Counted from the stretch's first letter, positions 29,757-41,169 are shown. The stretch is 64,000 nt of DNA from SAR86 cluster bacterium SAR86A (GCA_000252525.1 JH611156.1:23863-87862); one strand, 5' to 3'. Translations and numbers: made by a program. The notes: a model not told the origin generated them from the letters alone.

Positions 29757-30470
29757 ATGCCTGAAACTGAACATAAAAGAATATTGCTCAAATTTAGTGG
29801 TGAATCTGTTGCTGGTAATGATGAGCATGGTATAGATCCCAAAATTCTTGATCAGATGGCTGATTCAGTAAAATCATGCAGAGATCTGGGAACAGAAATA
29901 GGAATTGTAATAGGCGGTGGAAATCTATTTAGGGGTGAAAAACTCAACAAAGCTGGAATGGATAGAGTTGCAGGCGATCACATGGGCATGCTTGCAACTG
30001 TTATGAATGGAATTGCCTTACGAGATGCTCTTGAAAGAGCAGGCATCAAAACTAGAGTTATGTCAGCAATATCTATGTCTGGGATTGTGGAACACTATGA
30101 TCGAAGACTCGCAATTCAGTTACTCTCAGATGGATTTGTGGTAATTTTTACAGCTGGTACGGGTAATCCTTTTTTTACAACTGATACTGCTGGATGTCTC
30201 AGAGCAATAGAAACTCAATCAGATCTCATGCTTAAAGCTACCAGAGTTGATGGAGTTTATGACTCTGATCCTGAAATCAATAGGGATGCCAAATTATTTG
30301 ACGAATTAACATTTGATGAGGCAATTACAAAAAATCTCAAAGTTATGGACGCTACAGCCCTTACTCTTGCAAGAGACCACAAGCTTCCAATTAAAGTCTT
30401 TAATGTTAATCAACCAGACGCATTAAAAAATATAATTTGTGGTAAAAAAATAGGTACGCTAATATCTTAA
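29757..30470 (+). CDS. pyrH: UMP kinase
   Basis: 237 aa containing RILLKFSGE and [11 protein letters not shown]. Its position is tsf-pyrH-frr. Confidence 0.96.
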   Translation: MPETEHKRILLKFSGESVAGNDEHGIDPKILDQMADSVKSCRDLGTEIGIVIGGGNLFRGEKLNKAGMDRVAGDHMGMLATVMNGIALRDALERAGIKTRVMSAISMSGIVEHYDRRLAIQLLSDGFVVIFTAGTGNPFFTTDTAGCLRAIETQSDLMLKATRVDGVYDSDPEINRDAKLFDELTFDEAITKNLKVMDATALTLARDHKLPIKVFNVNQPDALKNIICGKKIGTLIS

Positions 30471-30472
30471 AT

Positions 30473-31027
30473 ATGGATACTATTCTGATAGAAGTTTCTG
30501 AAAAAATGGATAAATCTTTATCCGCGTTAAGAAATGCTTTTAATAAAATTAGAACTGGAAGAGCTAATCCATCTATTTTAGACGATGTAAAAGTTGATTA
30601 TTACGGGAATATGACTCCCATTAATCAAACTTCAAATATAACTATTGAAGAGGGTAGATCTCTTGTAATATCACCTTGGGATAAGAGCTTATTACCAGAG
30701 ATTGAAAAAGCTATACTCAACTCAGACTTAGGACTTAATCCTAATTCAAGTTCCGACTTGATTAGGGTTACTATGCCTGCTCTGACTGAAGAAACAAGAC
30801 AAAATTATATAAAACAAGCAAGATCAGAAGCAGAAAATTCAAGAGTTTCAATAAGAAATATTAGACGTGATGCCAACCAAACTGTAAAAGATAAACAGCA
30901 AGCATCAGAAATTTCAGAGGATGAGCTTAGAAGAATTGAAGATTTAATTCAAAAAGAAACTGATAAATATATTTCAATAGTTGACTCTGAACTAAAAAAT
31001 AAAGAGTCAGATCTTCTAGAAATCTAA
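30473..31027 (+). CDS. frr: Ribosome recycling factor
   Basis: 184 aa containing FNKIRTGRANPSILD and IRNIRRDAN. Confidence 0.96.
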   Translation: MDTILIEVSEKMDKSLSALRNAFNKIRTGRANPSILDDVKVDYYGNMTPINQTSNITIEEGRSLVISPWDKSLLPEIEKAILNSDLGLNPNSSSDLIRVTMPALTEETRQNYIKQARSEAENSRVSIRNIRRDANQTVKDKQQASEISEDELRRIEDLIQKETDKYISIVDSELKNKESDLLEI

Positions 31028-31035
31028 AAAGCCAC

Positions 31036-31755
31036 ATGGCTATAAAAAATCAAAATGCTAATCTAAAAAATGTAGCCATCATTATGGATGGGAATGGTAG
31101 ATGGGCCAGAAAAAATTCATTAAAAATTAGTCAGGGACATAAAAAAGGAGTTCAAATAGTTAGAGAGATCGTAGAGGAATCTATTTTGCAGAATATAGAT
31201 TCTTTAACAATCTATGCCTTTAGCTCTGAGAACTGGCAAAGACCAAAATCAGAAATTAATGCAATTAAAAAATTAGTTGTAGATGCTATAAATGATCAAG
31301 TTCCTGAGCTCAAAGAACAAAAAGTAAAATTAAAATTTTTTGGACATACTGAAGACTTTGGTGAAAAGGTTATTAAAAAAATTAAATATGCTGAATCTGA
31401 GACATTTTGTGAAGATTACAAATTAAATCTAAATGTTGCTCTTAGTTATGGCGGAAAACAAGATATATTGGACTTGGTAAAGAAAATTAGTAAAGAGGTT
31501 TTCGATAAAAAATTGAACATAGATGATATTGATGAAAGCAAAATTCATGAGAGTTCATGTGCGCCTGTTAATGAAATAGATCTTCTCATCAGGACTGGTG
31601 GCGACAAAAGAATTAGTAATTTTTTACTTTATCAAATTGCATATGCTGAGATTATGTTCATTGATAAATTTTGGCCTGAATTCTCTAAAGAAGATTTCAA
31701 AGAATGTGTAAGTAATTTCCAAAAAGTGAGTAGAAGATTTGGTAAACGAGTATAA
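31036..31755 (+). CDS. uppS: Ditrans,polycis-undecaprenyl-diphosphate synthase
   Basis: 239 aa containing IIMDGNGRWA, FSSENWQRP and RTGGDKRISNFLLYQ. Confidence 0.95.
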   Translation: MAIKNQNANLKNVAIIMDGNGRWARKNSLKISQGHKKGVQIVREIVEESILQNIDSLTIYAFSSENWQRPKSEINAIKKLVVDAINDQVPELKEQKVKLKFFGHTEDFGEKVIKKIKYAESETFCEDYKLNLNVALSYGGKQDILDLVKKISKEVFDKKLNIDDIDESKIHESSCAPVNEIDLLIRTGGDKRISNFLLYQIAYAEIMFIDKFWPEFSKEDFKECVSNFQKVSRRFGKRV

Positions 31756-32386
31756 GCAAAATTTAATAAAAAGAATTTTTACATCATTTGCAATAATGAT
31801 GCCGATAGTTTTTGTTATCTATTATCAAAATTTAATATTTTTTTCCTTATTGATATCGGTTGTGTGTCTTGGAGCTTTTTATGAATGGATTAAAAATAAT
31901 CTAGATAATAAAGTCCTTGGACTATTTGTAATACTAAATTTTGGGATCTGCTCGATAATTTTTATAGTTTTGCAGGATGGGAAAATTATTTCACCGTACC
32001 TGCTTTATCTTTTAATTATTTTAAATACAGCTATTTTTGATACTTTTGCTTACATTGTTGGATCAAATTTTGGGAAAACACAAATTGCAAAAAAAACGAG
32101 TCCAAAAAAATCATACGAAGGCTTATTTGGAGGTATCTTATTTAGTGGTCTTTATAGCTATTTAATTTGTCTTATTTTCAATATTGATTTCTTAGTAATT
32201 ATTTATTTCATTATTGGCTCAATTTTTGCTTTGATTGGCGATCTTTTTATAAGTCATTACAAAAGAAAAATAGGGATAAAGGATACTGGAAGTATTTTAC
32301 CAGGCCATGGCGGCATTCTTGACAGGATAGACTCTCATCTTTTAGCAACACCAGTTAAAGTCATACTCGTTTCACAAATATTATGA
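31739..32386 (+). CDS. cdsA: Phosphatidate cytidylyltransferase (short form)
   Basis: 215 aa containing SHYKRKIGIKDTGSILPGHGGILDRIDS, the CdsA signature. A TTG start overlapping uppS by 17 nt is inferred. Confidence 0.88.
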   Translation: MVNEYKQNLIKRIFTSFAIMMPIVFVIYYQNLIFFSLLISVVCLGAFYEWIKNNLDNKVLGLFVILNFGICSIIFIVLQDGKIISPYLLYLLIILNTAIFDTFAYIVGSNFGKTQIAKKTSPKKSYEGLFGGILFSGLYSYLICLIFNIDFLVIIYFIIGSIFALIGDLFISHYKRKIGIKDTGSILPGHGGILDRIDSHLLATPVKVILVSQIL

Positions 32387-33528
32387 ATATTTTATTACTT
32401 GGAGCAACCGGAAGCATTGGAGACAGTGTTTTAAGTGTTATAAAAGAAAACCACTCAGAGTTAAATTTATTTGGAATTACTTTTCACAAAAACAAAAATA
32501 AGTCACAGGAAATTATTAAAGATTTCAAACCTGAATTTGCATATGTTGAAGATAGGTCTACATTTGAAGACCTAAAAGATACAAGCGATATTACTTTTCT
32601 TAATGGAGACTCTTCGCTTAAAGAACTTATTGAACATGATGATGTTGATGTAATCATTTCAGCTATTTCTGGTTTTGCAGGCCTAAAAGCTACCTATTTA
32701 GCTGCCTCGACAGGAAAAAAAATATTACTTGCAAACAAAGAAAGTATTGTTGCCGGAGGAGATTTAATCACTGCTAGAGCTAAAAAATTTAACTCTAAAA
32801 TTATTCCTATTGATAGTGAACACAATGCAATATTTCAATGCTTATCTGGTCAGAGAAGCCCCGATGACGTTCAAAATATAACAATTACTGCATCTGGAGG
32901 ACCTTTTATAGGAAAAAAAATTTCTGATTTAAAAGATGTAACCAAAGATGATGCCCTAAATCATCCAAATTGGGACATGGGTAGTAAAATTTCTATTGAT
33001 TCTGCAACGTTAGTTAATAAATGTCTTGAGCTTATAGAAGCTAAATACTTATTTGATTTAGAGGAAAGTATATTTGATCTTGTTATTCACCCACAAAGCA
33101 TAGTTCATTCAGTTGTAACCTATAAAGATGGTTCGAGCATTTGCCAAATGAGCATGCCTGATATGCGAGTTCCTATTGCACATGCTTTATCTAATGAGCA
33201 CAGACTCCCAATCAATTTTGAGAAGATTAATTTTAATGACCTAAATTTATCATTTCATGCGTTTCCAGAAGATAGATTGCAAATTCAAAAAATAGCTAGA
33301 GAAGTTTGCAATAGCGGTGGGCATCTTGGGACAATTTTTAATGCTGCAAATGAAGTAGCTGTAGAAAGTTTTCTAAATGATCAGATAAGCTTTGATAAAA
33401 TTTATGAAGTAATTCATCGAACTTTTGATAATAACTCCATGTCTAAAGATGTATCGATTGAATCAATATATGAGGCTGATACGCAAACACGCATTAAAGC
33501 AAAGAAGGTGGTAAAATCGATAACCTGA
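32383..33528 (+). CDS. dxr: 1-deoxy-D-xylulose 5-phosphate reductoisomerase
   Basis: 381 aa containing LGATGSIG, LANKESIV and DSEHNAIFQC. Confidence 0.96.
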   Translation: MNILLLGATGSIGDSVLSVIKENHSELNLFGITFHKNKNKSQEIIKDFKPEFAYVEDRSTFEDLKDTSDITFLNGDSSLKELIEHDDVDVIISAISGFAGLKATYLAASTGKKILLANKESIVAGGDLITARAKKFNSKIIPIDSEHNAIFQCLSGQRSPDDVQNITITASGGPFIGKKISDLKDVTKDDALNHPNWDMGSKISIDSATLVNKCLELIEAKYLFDLEESIFDLVIHPQSIVHSVVTYKDGSSICQMSMPDMRVPIAHALSNEHRLPINFEKINFNDLNLSFHAFPEDRLQIQKIAREVCNSGGHLGTIFNAANEVAVESFLNDQISFDKIYEVIHRTFDNNSMSKDVSIESIYEADTQTRIKAKKVVKSIT

Positions 33529-33541
33529 AAATTATTACATT

Positions 33542-34897
33542 ATGAGTTTTTTTATATACATATTGGCTTTCTTAGTTTTACTAGGAGCACTCGTCACCAT
33601 TCATGAATTTGGCCATTTTATTGTTGCCAGAATGTGCAAAGTTCATGTCCAAAGATTTTCAATTGGTATGGGCCCAGTTTTTTATAAAAGAAACGATAAA
33701 CATGGAACAGAATTTGCACTTTCTGCAATACCCTTAGGTGGTTATGTTTCAATGATTACTAATAAACTTATTGAATTAGAACCTGAGGTTAGAGATCAAT
33801 TAACAGAGGAACAGATTCAAAATACATTCGATTCGAAGCCTAAGTGGCAAAGAGCTTCAATAATGTTTGCTGGACCGCTTGCAAACTTTATTCTGTCAAT
33901 TTTTATATTTACATTGATTTTTTTAAACACACCTGATCCTCAAAGCGTTCCGGTTATTAGTAATTTAAATCAAGATGTTAAAAACTATACATCAACTAGT
34001 TCATTTGAGATTGCAGATCAAATTCTTGAAATTAATGATGTGGTTGTCAAAGATGCCAAGGATGTAAATTTAGAATTACTTTCGTATGCAGGATATACAG
34101 GACCCTTAAACATAAAAATTCACAGAGAATTATCTGAGGAACCTTTTGATATAGAAATTTTTGTTGAAGATTTTTTGCCAACATCAGAATCTCAAAATGA
34201 ACCCTTGGATTATCTGGGAATTGGTATTGATTATAAGATGCAGCCATACATTGGAGGTGTTATTAATGGAGGAGCTGCTGAAAAAGGTATGCTGCAGGCC
34301 AATGACAAGATAATTAGCATTGCTGATAAAGAGGTTAGATATGCTGAAGACATCAGATATATAGTTTCAAATAATCCAAATGCTAATTTGGTTTTTAAAG
34401 TTGAACGCGGAGCTGAAATGTTATATTTGCCTATAACTATAGGTTCTGTAACAAGAGATGGACAAGAGTCAGGTGTTCTAGGAGTTTCTTTCGGCACAAC
34501 GAGAAGTCTTCTACAGTCTCTCAATAAAGGAGTTTATGAAACATATAATTTAAGTATCAAAACACTTCAATTTATTGGAAAAATGCTTTCAGGAAATATG
34601 GGGACTGAGAATCTCAGTGGGCCAATTGGTATCGCACAGATGGCTGGAAACACCGCCCAAGCAGGATTTTTACCGTTTATGTATCTCATGGCTTTGCTCA
34701 GCATTAGCCTTGCTGTAATAAATTTACTACCAATTCCTGTTCTCGATGGAGGGCAACTTACACTGTTAGGAGTCGAGGCTATAAGAGGCAAGCCACTTCC
34801 TGAAAAAGCTGAAAATATGATTTACACCGGAGGCGCAGCAATTGTAGTGATGTTGATGATTTTTGCTGTCTTCAATGATATCTCAAGATTCTTCTAG
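33542..34897 (+). CDS. rseP: RIP zinc metalloprotease RseP
   Basis: 451 aa with HEFGH in TM1, PDZ region(s) and the C-terminal motif NLLPIPVLDGG. Confidence 0.95.
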   Translation: MSFFIYILAFLVLLGALVTIHEFGHFIVARMCKVHVQRFSIGMGPVFYKRNDKHGTEFALSAIPLGGYVSMITNKLIELEPEVRDQLTEEQIQNTFDSKPKWQRASIMFAGPLANFILSIFIFTLIFLNTPDPQSVPVISNLNQDVKNYTSTSSFEIADQILEINDVVVKDAKDVNLELLSYAGYTGPLNIKIHRELSEEPFDIEIFVEDFLPTSESQNEPLDYLGIGIDYKMQPYIGGVINGGAAEKGMLQANDKIISIADKEVRYAEDIRYIVSNNPNANLVFKVERGAEMLYLPITIGSVTRDGQESGVLGVSFGTTRSLLQSLNKGVYETYNLSIKTLQFIGKMLSGNMGTENLSGPIGIAQMAGNTAQAGFLPFMYLMALLSISLAVINLLPIPVLDGGQLTLLGVEAIRGKPLPEKAENMIYTGGAAIVVMLMIFAVFNDISRFF

Positions 34898-34905
34898 GTA
34901 TAAGA

Positions 34906-37326
34906 GTGAAAAGACTCAAAATAATTTTTTTATCTTTACTCATAAGCTTACATATCAATGCTTTTGATGAATTTCTTGTAAGTGATATTCGAATTGTTGG
35001 TCTGCAGAGAGTTTCAACTGGAAGTATATTTAATGTAATACCTATAAGCGTTGGAGACAGAATTGATCAACGTAAATCTAATGATATTGTACGGTCGTTA
35101 TTTGCTACGGAACAGTTTGACAATATTCAAATAGGAAAAGAAGGTAATACATTGATCATTACTGTAGAAGAGAGGCCATCCATATCAGCAATTGAACTAT
35201 CTGGAAACAAAGCTTTGAAGACAGAACAATTATTAGAGAGTCTTGACGGAGTAGGTATTAAAGAAGGAGAAGTATATAAAAGATCAACTTTAGAAAAAGT
35301 GAAGTCAGAGTTAGTTAGATCATATTCAGCTAACGGGAGATATGGAGCAACCGTAGAAATTGAAGAAATAAATAAACCAAGAAATCGAATCGAAATAGAT
35401 ATTGAGGTTGATGAGGGCAAGAGCGCAAAAATTGAAAAGATAAATATAATTGGAAATGAAATTTTCACAACTGAAGAAATTTTAAGAGGATTTGAATTAT
35501 CAGAAGGCTCATTTTTTTCTTTTCTGTCTAATGATGATCAGTATTCTAGAGAGAAATTAAAAGGCGATATTGAAACACTTGAATCATATTACAGAGACAG
35601 AGGATATCTAAAATTCTCAATAGAATCCTCTCAGATAAGTCTCTCTCGAGATAAAAGGGAAATATATATTACTTTTAATGTTAACGAAGGCCAAAAATAT
35701 ACAATCAAAGATGTAGAAGTTGTTGGCGAAATCCCATTTGAAGAGGAAATTTATATAAATATTACAGATTCATTGAAAGAGCAAACTTATTCTCAGGCAA
35801 CTATTACTGGAATAGAAGAATTTTTTACTAATGTACTTGGTAATAGAGGTTATGCTTTTGCTGAGGTAAAAGGCAATCCTGAAGTTGAAGATGAGTCTAA
35901 TGAAGTTAAATTGACTTTTACGATAGAGCCTGGAAAAAGAACATATACGAGGAAGATCTTATTTACCGGCAATGAAATCACTCAAGACCATGTCCTAAGA
36001 AGAGAAATGAGACAATTCGAGGGAGCATGGAGCTCTGACAATAGTATTGAGGCTGGAAAAGTTAGACTTGAAAGGCTAGGTTATTTTAAAGAAGTTTCTG
36101 TAGAAACTGTTCCAGTGCCGGGAACAGACGACCAAATAGATGTTTTGTATAGTGTCGAGGAAGAAACGACAGGAAGCTTAGGCGGAAATATTGGCTACAG
36201 TGATTTTGGATTGATGTTAGGATTTAATTTACAAGAGCAAAACTTTCTTGGCAGTGGAAATACAGTTGGAATCGGTATAAATAAAAGTATTTACAATGAA
36301 GTTTACAACATATCATTTCTTGATCCATATGCAACAAAAGATGCTGTTAGTCTAGGTTACAACATATATTTTAGGGAAACTGACTATGGAGAATTTAACA
36401 TTGCAAATTATTTGACAAATTCTGCTGGATTTGGAGCTCAGTTTGGTTATCCAATATCAGATACGCAAAGGCTAAGTTTTAATTTGACGTATGATAAAAC
36501 CGATATTGACATAGGGAGCTTACCAGCCAGAGAGATCTATGATTTTGTTGCAGCAGAGGGAAATGTTTTTGAAACATTAAGTGCTGGAGTGAGTTGGCAA
36601 ACAGTAACTTTAAATAGGGGATTATTTCCAACTGACGGTGCCTCTACATCGTTGAGTTTAAGTACAACCGTCCCAGGAAGTGACCTGAGTTATTACAGAA
36701 TCAACCTAAGACAAAGATATTACCAGCCTTTATCATCAGATTTAATTTTTGGATTTCAAGGGGAGCTTGGATACTTAAGCGCTTATGGCGAAACTGAAGA
36801 AACACCATTCTTTCAAAACTTTTATGCAGGTGGCCCTAGGTCATTAAGAGGATTTGAATCAAATACTCTTGGACCAAGAAGCACTGATGCTCCATGTTAC
36901 GAATTTAATTATGAGGAAGGAACATGTCCAAATCTTTTAGATACTGATGGAGATGGTGAATTAGACTCTCCATACTACAATCCATATGCTAACAATACAT
37001 CAAGATATAGAGATGCTCCTATTGGCGGAAACATTAAAGTTGAAGGAAGTCTTCAAATGATCTTTAGACTCCCGTTTATTGAAGACCAAAGATCAATGCG
37101 AAGTGCTTTCTTTTTTGATTTTGGAAATGTGTTTTCAGATAACTGTAAAGATTATCAAATTAATTGTTATAAACCATCTATTGATGACTTGAGATATTCT
37201 TATGGTGTCGGAATCACATGGATTACTGGTTTTGGCCCAATGAGTTTCGCTATTTCTAAACCTACTAATGCTGGTCCTCAAGAGAGAACTGAAGAATTCC
37301 AATTTACAGTAGGAAATGTTTTCTAG
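34906..37326 (+). CDS. bamA: Outer membrane protein assembly factor BamA
   Basis: 806 aa. It has a GTG start, a signal peptide, POTRA repeats, an Omp85 barrel and a C-terminus ending in F. Confidence 0.96.
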   Translation: MKRLKIIFLSLLISLHINAFDEFLVSDIRIVGLQRVSTGSIFNVIPISVGDRIDQRKSNDIVRSLFATEQFDNIQIGKEGNTLIITVEERPSISAIELSGNKALKTEQLLESLDGVGIKEGEVYKRSTLEKVKSELVRSYSANGRYGATVEIEEINKPRNRIEIDIEVDEGKSAKIEKINIIGNEIFTTEEILRGFELSEGSFFSFLSNDDQYSREKLKGDIETLESYYRDRGYLKFSIESSQISLSRDKREIYITFNVNEGQKYTIKDVEVVGEIPFEEEIYINITDSLKEQTYSQATITGIEEFFTNVLGNRGYAFAEVKGNPEVEDESNEVKLTFTIEPGKRTYTRKILFTGNEITQDHVLRREMRQFEGAWSSDNSIEAGKVRLERLGYFKEVSVETVPVPGTDDQIDVLYSVEEETTGSLGGNIGYSDFGLMLGFNLQEQNFLGSGNTVGIGINKSIYNEVYNISFLDPYATKDAVSLGYNIYFRETDYGEFNIANYLTNSAGFGAQFGYPISDTQRLSFNLTYDKTDIDIGSLPAREIYDFVAAEGNVFETLSAGVSWQTVTLNRGLFPTDGASTSLSLSTTVPGSDLSYYRINLRQRYYQPLSSDLIFGFQGELGYLSAYGETEETPFFQNFYAGGPRSLRGFESNTLGPRSTDAPCYEFNYEEGTCPNLLDTDGDGELDSPYYNPYANNTSRYRDAPIGGNIKVEGSLQMIFRLPFIEDQRSMRSAFFFDFGNVFSDNCKDYQINCYKPSIDDLRYSYGVGITWITGFGPMSFAISKPTNAGPQERTEEFQFTVGNVF

Positions 37327-37362
37327 TTAATATAAAATGTTCAAATCCAATGTGGGGTACTT

Positions 37363-37899
37363 ATGAAAAATATAACTAAAATATACTTAATAGCTTTCTT
37401 GTTTGCAGCAGTGCCTTTGATGGCTATGGATGGAGTTGCAGTAATTGATATGAGAACCGCTGTTTTATCAACTCAAGCAGCTGCTGATGCATTTAAGGCT
37501 CTTGAAGAAGACCCAGATTATTCATCAAATCTTGAAGAAGCTCAGTCGTTACAAGCAGAAAGACAGGCTATAGCTGAAAAACTTCAAAAAGAGTTAGAAA
37601 CACTATCACAAGAAGAAATAGCTCAAATGCAAAAAGAAATTCAAGATAAGGGAAAAGATTTGGAGTTTTTAGCTGGAAAAATTCAGCAAGCTCAAGAAGA
37701 AACTGCTCAAGAAGTTTTTGCCAGTTCTGGTCCTGCAATGCAAAAGATTATTGGTGAGCTTATAGCTGCAAAACAGATTAAGGTTTTGATGGCAAAGAAT
37801 GAGACATTACTTTTTAGTGATCCAGCTTTAGATTTAACTGATGATGTTACATCTATGCTTGATGTAGCAGCTGCAGAGGCAAACTCTACATCTGAGTAG
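37363..37899 (+). CDS. skp: Periplasmic chaperone Skp (OmpH)
   Basis: 178 aa with a signal peptide and a long coiled-coil rich in Q/E/K. It lies between bamA and lpxD. Confidence 0.88.
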   Translation: MKNITKIYLIAFLFAAVPLMAMDGVAVIDMRTAVLSTQAAADAFKALEEDPDYSSNLEEAQSLQAERQAIAEKLQKELETLSQEEIAQMQKEIQDKGKDLEFLAGKIQQAQEETAQEVFASSGPAMQKIIGELIAAKQIKVLMAKNETLLFSDPALDLTDDVTSMLDVAAAEANSTSE

Positions 37900-38834
37900 T
37901 GTCCAAATCTATCAGCTTTAATCTAGGCGAGTTACAGGAAATACTAAATGCAACTCTGAAGGGTGACCCCAGTTGCGTTGTCGATAATATTGCTACGATC
38001 TCTAATTCAAATGATAGTTCTATATCTTTTGTTACTGATAATAAATACAAGAAATACTCAAAAGAATCAAAAGCAGCTGCATTAATCGTATCTAAGGATT
38101 TTACTTTAGAGAGCGATCAAAATTATTTAATTTGCGAGGATCCGTATTTGGCATATGCAAAAATAAGTAACCTTTTTTGTGAAGATGAAATTAATTTTCC
38201 AACAATCCATCCATCGGCTGTTATATCTGAAGAGGCTAATATAGATAAAAATGTATATATTGGCCCTAACGTATATATTGGACCTAGATGTAATATAGGT
38301 TCAAACGTAATAATTAATGCAAATTGCTCAATCGTAAAAAACGTAACAATATCTGAAAACTCAATAATTCATCATGGGTCTGTGCTTGGTTCAGACGGCT
38401 TTGGTTTTGCACCTACAAAAAATGGATACGTAAAAATAGAGCAACTTGGAGGATTAGTTATTGGAAAAAATGTTGAAATTGGAGCAAATTGCACAATTGA
38501 CAGAGGTGCAATTGATAACACTGAAATTCATGATGGCGTAATTTTTGATAATCAAGTTCATATTGCTCATAATGTAGTAGTTGGAAAAAACTCTGCAATT
38601 GCTGCTTCATGCGCAATAGCTGGCTCAACAAAGATAGGTGAGAATTTTCAAATGGGTGGCTTATCTGGAGTTTTGGGACATCTTGAAATTTGCAAAGATG
38701 TAAAAGTTGGAGCTCATACGCTCATAACCAAAAGCATTAGTGAGTCAGGAGAATATATTGGAATTATGCCAGCACAGCATCATAAAGACTGGGCAAAATC
38801 ATCAATATTTATAAAAAATAAGGGTAAAAAATGA
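37899..38834 (+). CDS. lpxD: UDP-3-O-acylglucosamine N-acyltransferase
   Basis: 311 aa. The GTG start overlaps the skp stop by 1 nt. Hexapeptide repeats are present and the skp-lpxD-fabZ-lpxA order is conserved. Confidence 0.93.
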   Translation: MSKSISFNLGELQEILNATLKGDPSCVVDNIATISNSNDSSISFVTDNKYKKYSKESKAAALIVSKDFTLESDQNYLICEDPYLAYAKISNLFCEDEINFPTIHPSAVISEEANIDKNVYIGPNVYIGPRCNIGSNVIINANCSIVKNVTISENSIIHHGSVLGSDGFGFAPTKNGYVKIEQLGGLVIGKNVEIGANCTIDRGAIDNTEIHDGVIFDNQVHIAHNVVVGKNSAIAASCAIAGSTKIGENFQMGGLSGVLGHLEICKDVKVGAHTLITKSISESGEYIGIMPAQHHKDWAKSSIFIKNKGKK

Positions 38835-39274
38835 TTCTTAATCAAGATGATATTAAAAAATATCTTCCTCATCGAGAACCATTTCTTTTTATAGACGAAG
38901 TGGTAGAAATAGATGAGAATGAAACTATCCATGCTAGAAAATTAATTAAACCTGACGAATATTTTTTACAGGGTCATTTTCCAGGAAATCCAATTTTTCC
39001 AGGAGTTATAATCATCGAAGCCTTGGGTCAAGCATCTGGCATTTTAGGATTCACTATAATGAATAAAACTCCTGAAGAAGGATCTATATACGTCTTGGCA
39101 GGAGTTGATAAAGTTAGATTTAGAAAGAGGGTAAGACCTGGAGATACAATAGATTTGTTTAGCAAAGTCGTAAATGAAAAAAGAGGAATATGGAAATTTG
39201 ATTGCAGAGCTGAACATAACAATGAGATAGTATGTTCAGCGACTATATTATGTGCAGATAGAAAAGCTTTATGA
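38831..39274 (+). CDS. fabZ: 3-hydroxyacyl-ACP dehydratase FabZ
   Basis: 147 aa containing LPHREPFLFID and LQGHFPGNPIFPGV. Confidence 0.96.
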   Translation: MILNQDDIKKYLPHREPFLFIDEVVEIDENETIHARKLIKPDEYFLQGHFPGNPIFPGVIIIEALGQASGILGFTIMNKTPEEGSIYVLAGVDKVRFRKRVRPGDTIDLFSKVVNEKRGIWKFDCRAEHNNEIVCSATILCADRKAL

Positions 39275-40050
39275 GTATCCACCCAACCTCAATAATTGAT
39301 CCTTCAGCAAAAATTGCTAAAGATGTGCAAATTGGTCCATTTTGTACAATTGGAGAGGATGTACAGATTGAAAGTGGCTCAAAGATTATTAGCCACGCAG
39401 TCATTAAAGGCCCTACAGTAATTGGAAAAGATAATTGTATTTATCAATTCTCAACTATTGGAGATGACACTCCTGATAAAAAGTTCAAAGGGGAAAAAAC
39501 AAAACTAATTATTGGTGATAATAATATTTTTAGAGAAGGAGTCACAGTACATAGAGGAACAGTTCAAGACAATTCAGTAACTACTATAGGATCAAACAAT
39601 TTATTTATGCCGTTTGCTCATGTTGCACATGATTGTATAGTTGGAAATGACAATATTTTTGCAAATCTTGCTGCACTTGCAGGACATGTACATGTAGGAA
39701 ATAACGTCACTATTGGAGGAATTACGACTGTTCATCAACACTGTAAACTAGGTGATTTTTGCTTCGCAGGTATGAATTCGTCAATTACAATGGATGTCCC
39801 AGCATATGTAAAAGTAGCTTCTGATCCTGCAAGGGTGATTGGAATAAATTCTGTAGGTATGTCTAGAAAAAATATTAGTGATGACTCAATTAGCAATATC
39901 AAAAAAGCATATAAATTGGTGTATAGAAAAAATTTAAAAATTGAAGAAGCGCTTTTGGAATTAAGTTCACTTTTTGAGCAAACTCAAGATATTCATATAG
40001 AGAATTTCATAAAGTCAATCCAGGCATCTGAAAGAGGAATCCTCAGGTAG
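39271..40050 (+). CDS. lpxA: Acyl-ACP--UDP-N-acetylglucosamine O-acyltransferase
   Basis: 259 aa starting IHPTSIIDPSAKI, with a hexapeptide left-handed beta-helix. Confidence 0.95.
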   Translation: MSIHPTSIIDPSAKIAKDVQIGPFCTIGEDVQIESGSKIISHAVIKGPTVIGKDNCIYQFSTIGDDTPDKKFKGEKTKLIIGDNNIFREGVTVHRGTVQDNSVTTIGSNNLFMPFAHVAHDCIVGNDNIFANLAALAGHVHVGNNVTIGGITTVHQHCKLGDFCFAGMNSSITMDVPAYVKVASDPARVIGINSVGMSRKNISDDSISNIKKAYKLVYRKNLKIEEALLELSSLFEQTQDIHIENFIKSIQASERGILR

Positions 40051-41169
40051 GTGATTAAAGATAGATCTCTAAAGATTGGAGTTGTTTGTGGTGAGCACTC
40101 TGGAGATACGTTAGGAGCTCACCTAATTAGCGAGTTAAAAAAACATAAAGATATTGAATTACTTGGTGTTGGTGGACCGAAATTAGAAAATCTTGGATTA
40201 AATTCTCAATTTAATTTTGAAGAGTTACAAATAATGGGAATAGTTGACCCAATTCTTAATTATAGAAATCTTTCTATGAGAAGAAAAAAATTAACAGAAT
40301 CTTTTATAAAAAATAAAATTGATTTATTTATTGGTATTGATTCTCCAGATTTTAATATAAAAATTCATAAATCTCTCAAGGAAAAAGATATTTGTAAAAA
40401 TATTCAACTCGTAAGTCCATCTGTTTGGGCTTGGAGGCAAAATAGAACTAAGTTAATAAAGAGATTTATAGATTTGACACTTTGTTTGTTTCATTTTGAA
40501 CATGAATTTTATAAAAATATTAATCATGAAAGTATTCATTTAGGACACCCATTCAAGACTCTAGAAAAAGCTTCTAGAAAAGATATATTAGATAAATATT
40601 CACTTGATGATACTAAAAAATATATTTCTATCCTTCCAGGAAGTAGAGAATCAGAAATAAAAAATATGCTTCCAGCATATATAAAATTTATTGAAAATTA
40701 TTCTATTCCAAATTCTGATACAGCTTATTTGATTCCAGCAAGCACCAATAAATTAGCTAACAAAATTTACGAAATGACAAATTCTCTTAGAAATGTCGTT
40801 GTAGAACCTTTTGCGATAAATGAATTTCTTTCTATATCTGAATTTTCTATAGTTACCTCAGGTACTGCATCTTTGGAGTCAGCTGTTATTGGATGTCCTC
40901 CAATAATTTGCTACAAAACTAATCCTTTAAATTATTTTATAATTTCTAGAATGCTAAAAGTTCAAAATATAGGTTTGCCAAATTTGTTGTTGGAAGATTC
41001 TGTTTTTCCCGAACTTGTACAAAATGAATGTAATCAAAAAAATCTGTTACTAGCTGCTGATAAGATTTTTAAAATTACTCCACAAATGAATAAGATTCAA
41101 AGTGAGATTAAGGAAAAACTTTGTGGAGTAGGGTTTGCAAATGCTGCTAAATCAATTCTAGACCTTTGA
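40051..41169 (+). CDS. lpxB: Lipid-A-disaccharide synthase
   Basis: 372 aa with a GTG start directly after the lpxA stop. GEHSGDTLGAHLI aligns with E. coli GETSGDILGAGLI. Confidence 0.93.
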   Translation: MIKDRSLKIGVVCGEHSGDTLGAHLISELKKHKDIELLGVGGPKLENLGLNSQFNFEELQIMGIVDPILNYRNLSMRRKKLTESFIKNKIDLFIGIDSPDFNIKIHKSLKEKDICKNIQLVSPSVWAWRQNRTKLIKRFIDLTLCLFHFEHEFYKNINHESIHLGHPFKTLEKASRKDILDKYSLDDTKKYISILPGSRESEIKNMLPAYIKFIENYSIPNSDTAYLIPASTNKLANKIYEMTNSLRNVVVEPFAINEFLSISEFSIVTSGTASLESAVIGCPPIICYKTNPLNYFIISRMLKVQNIGLPNLLLEDSVFPELVQNECNQKNLLLAADKIFKITPQMNKIQSEIKEKLCGVGFANAAKSILDL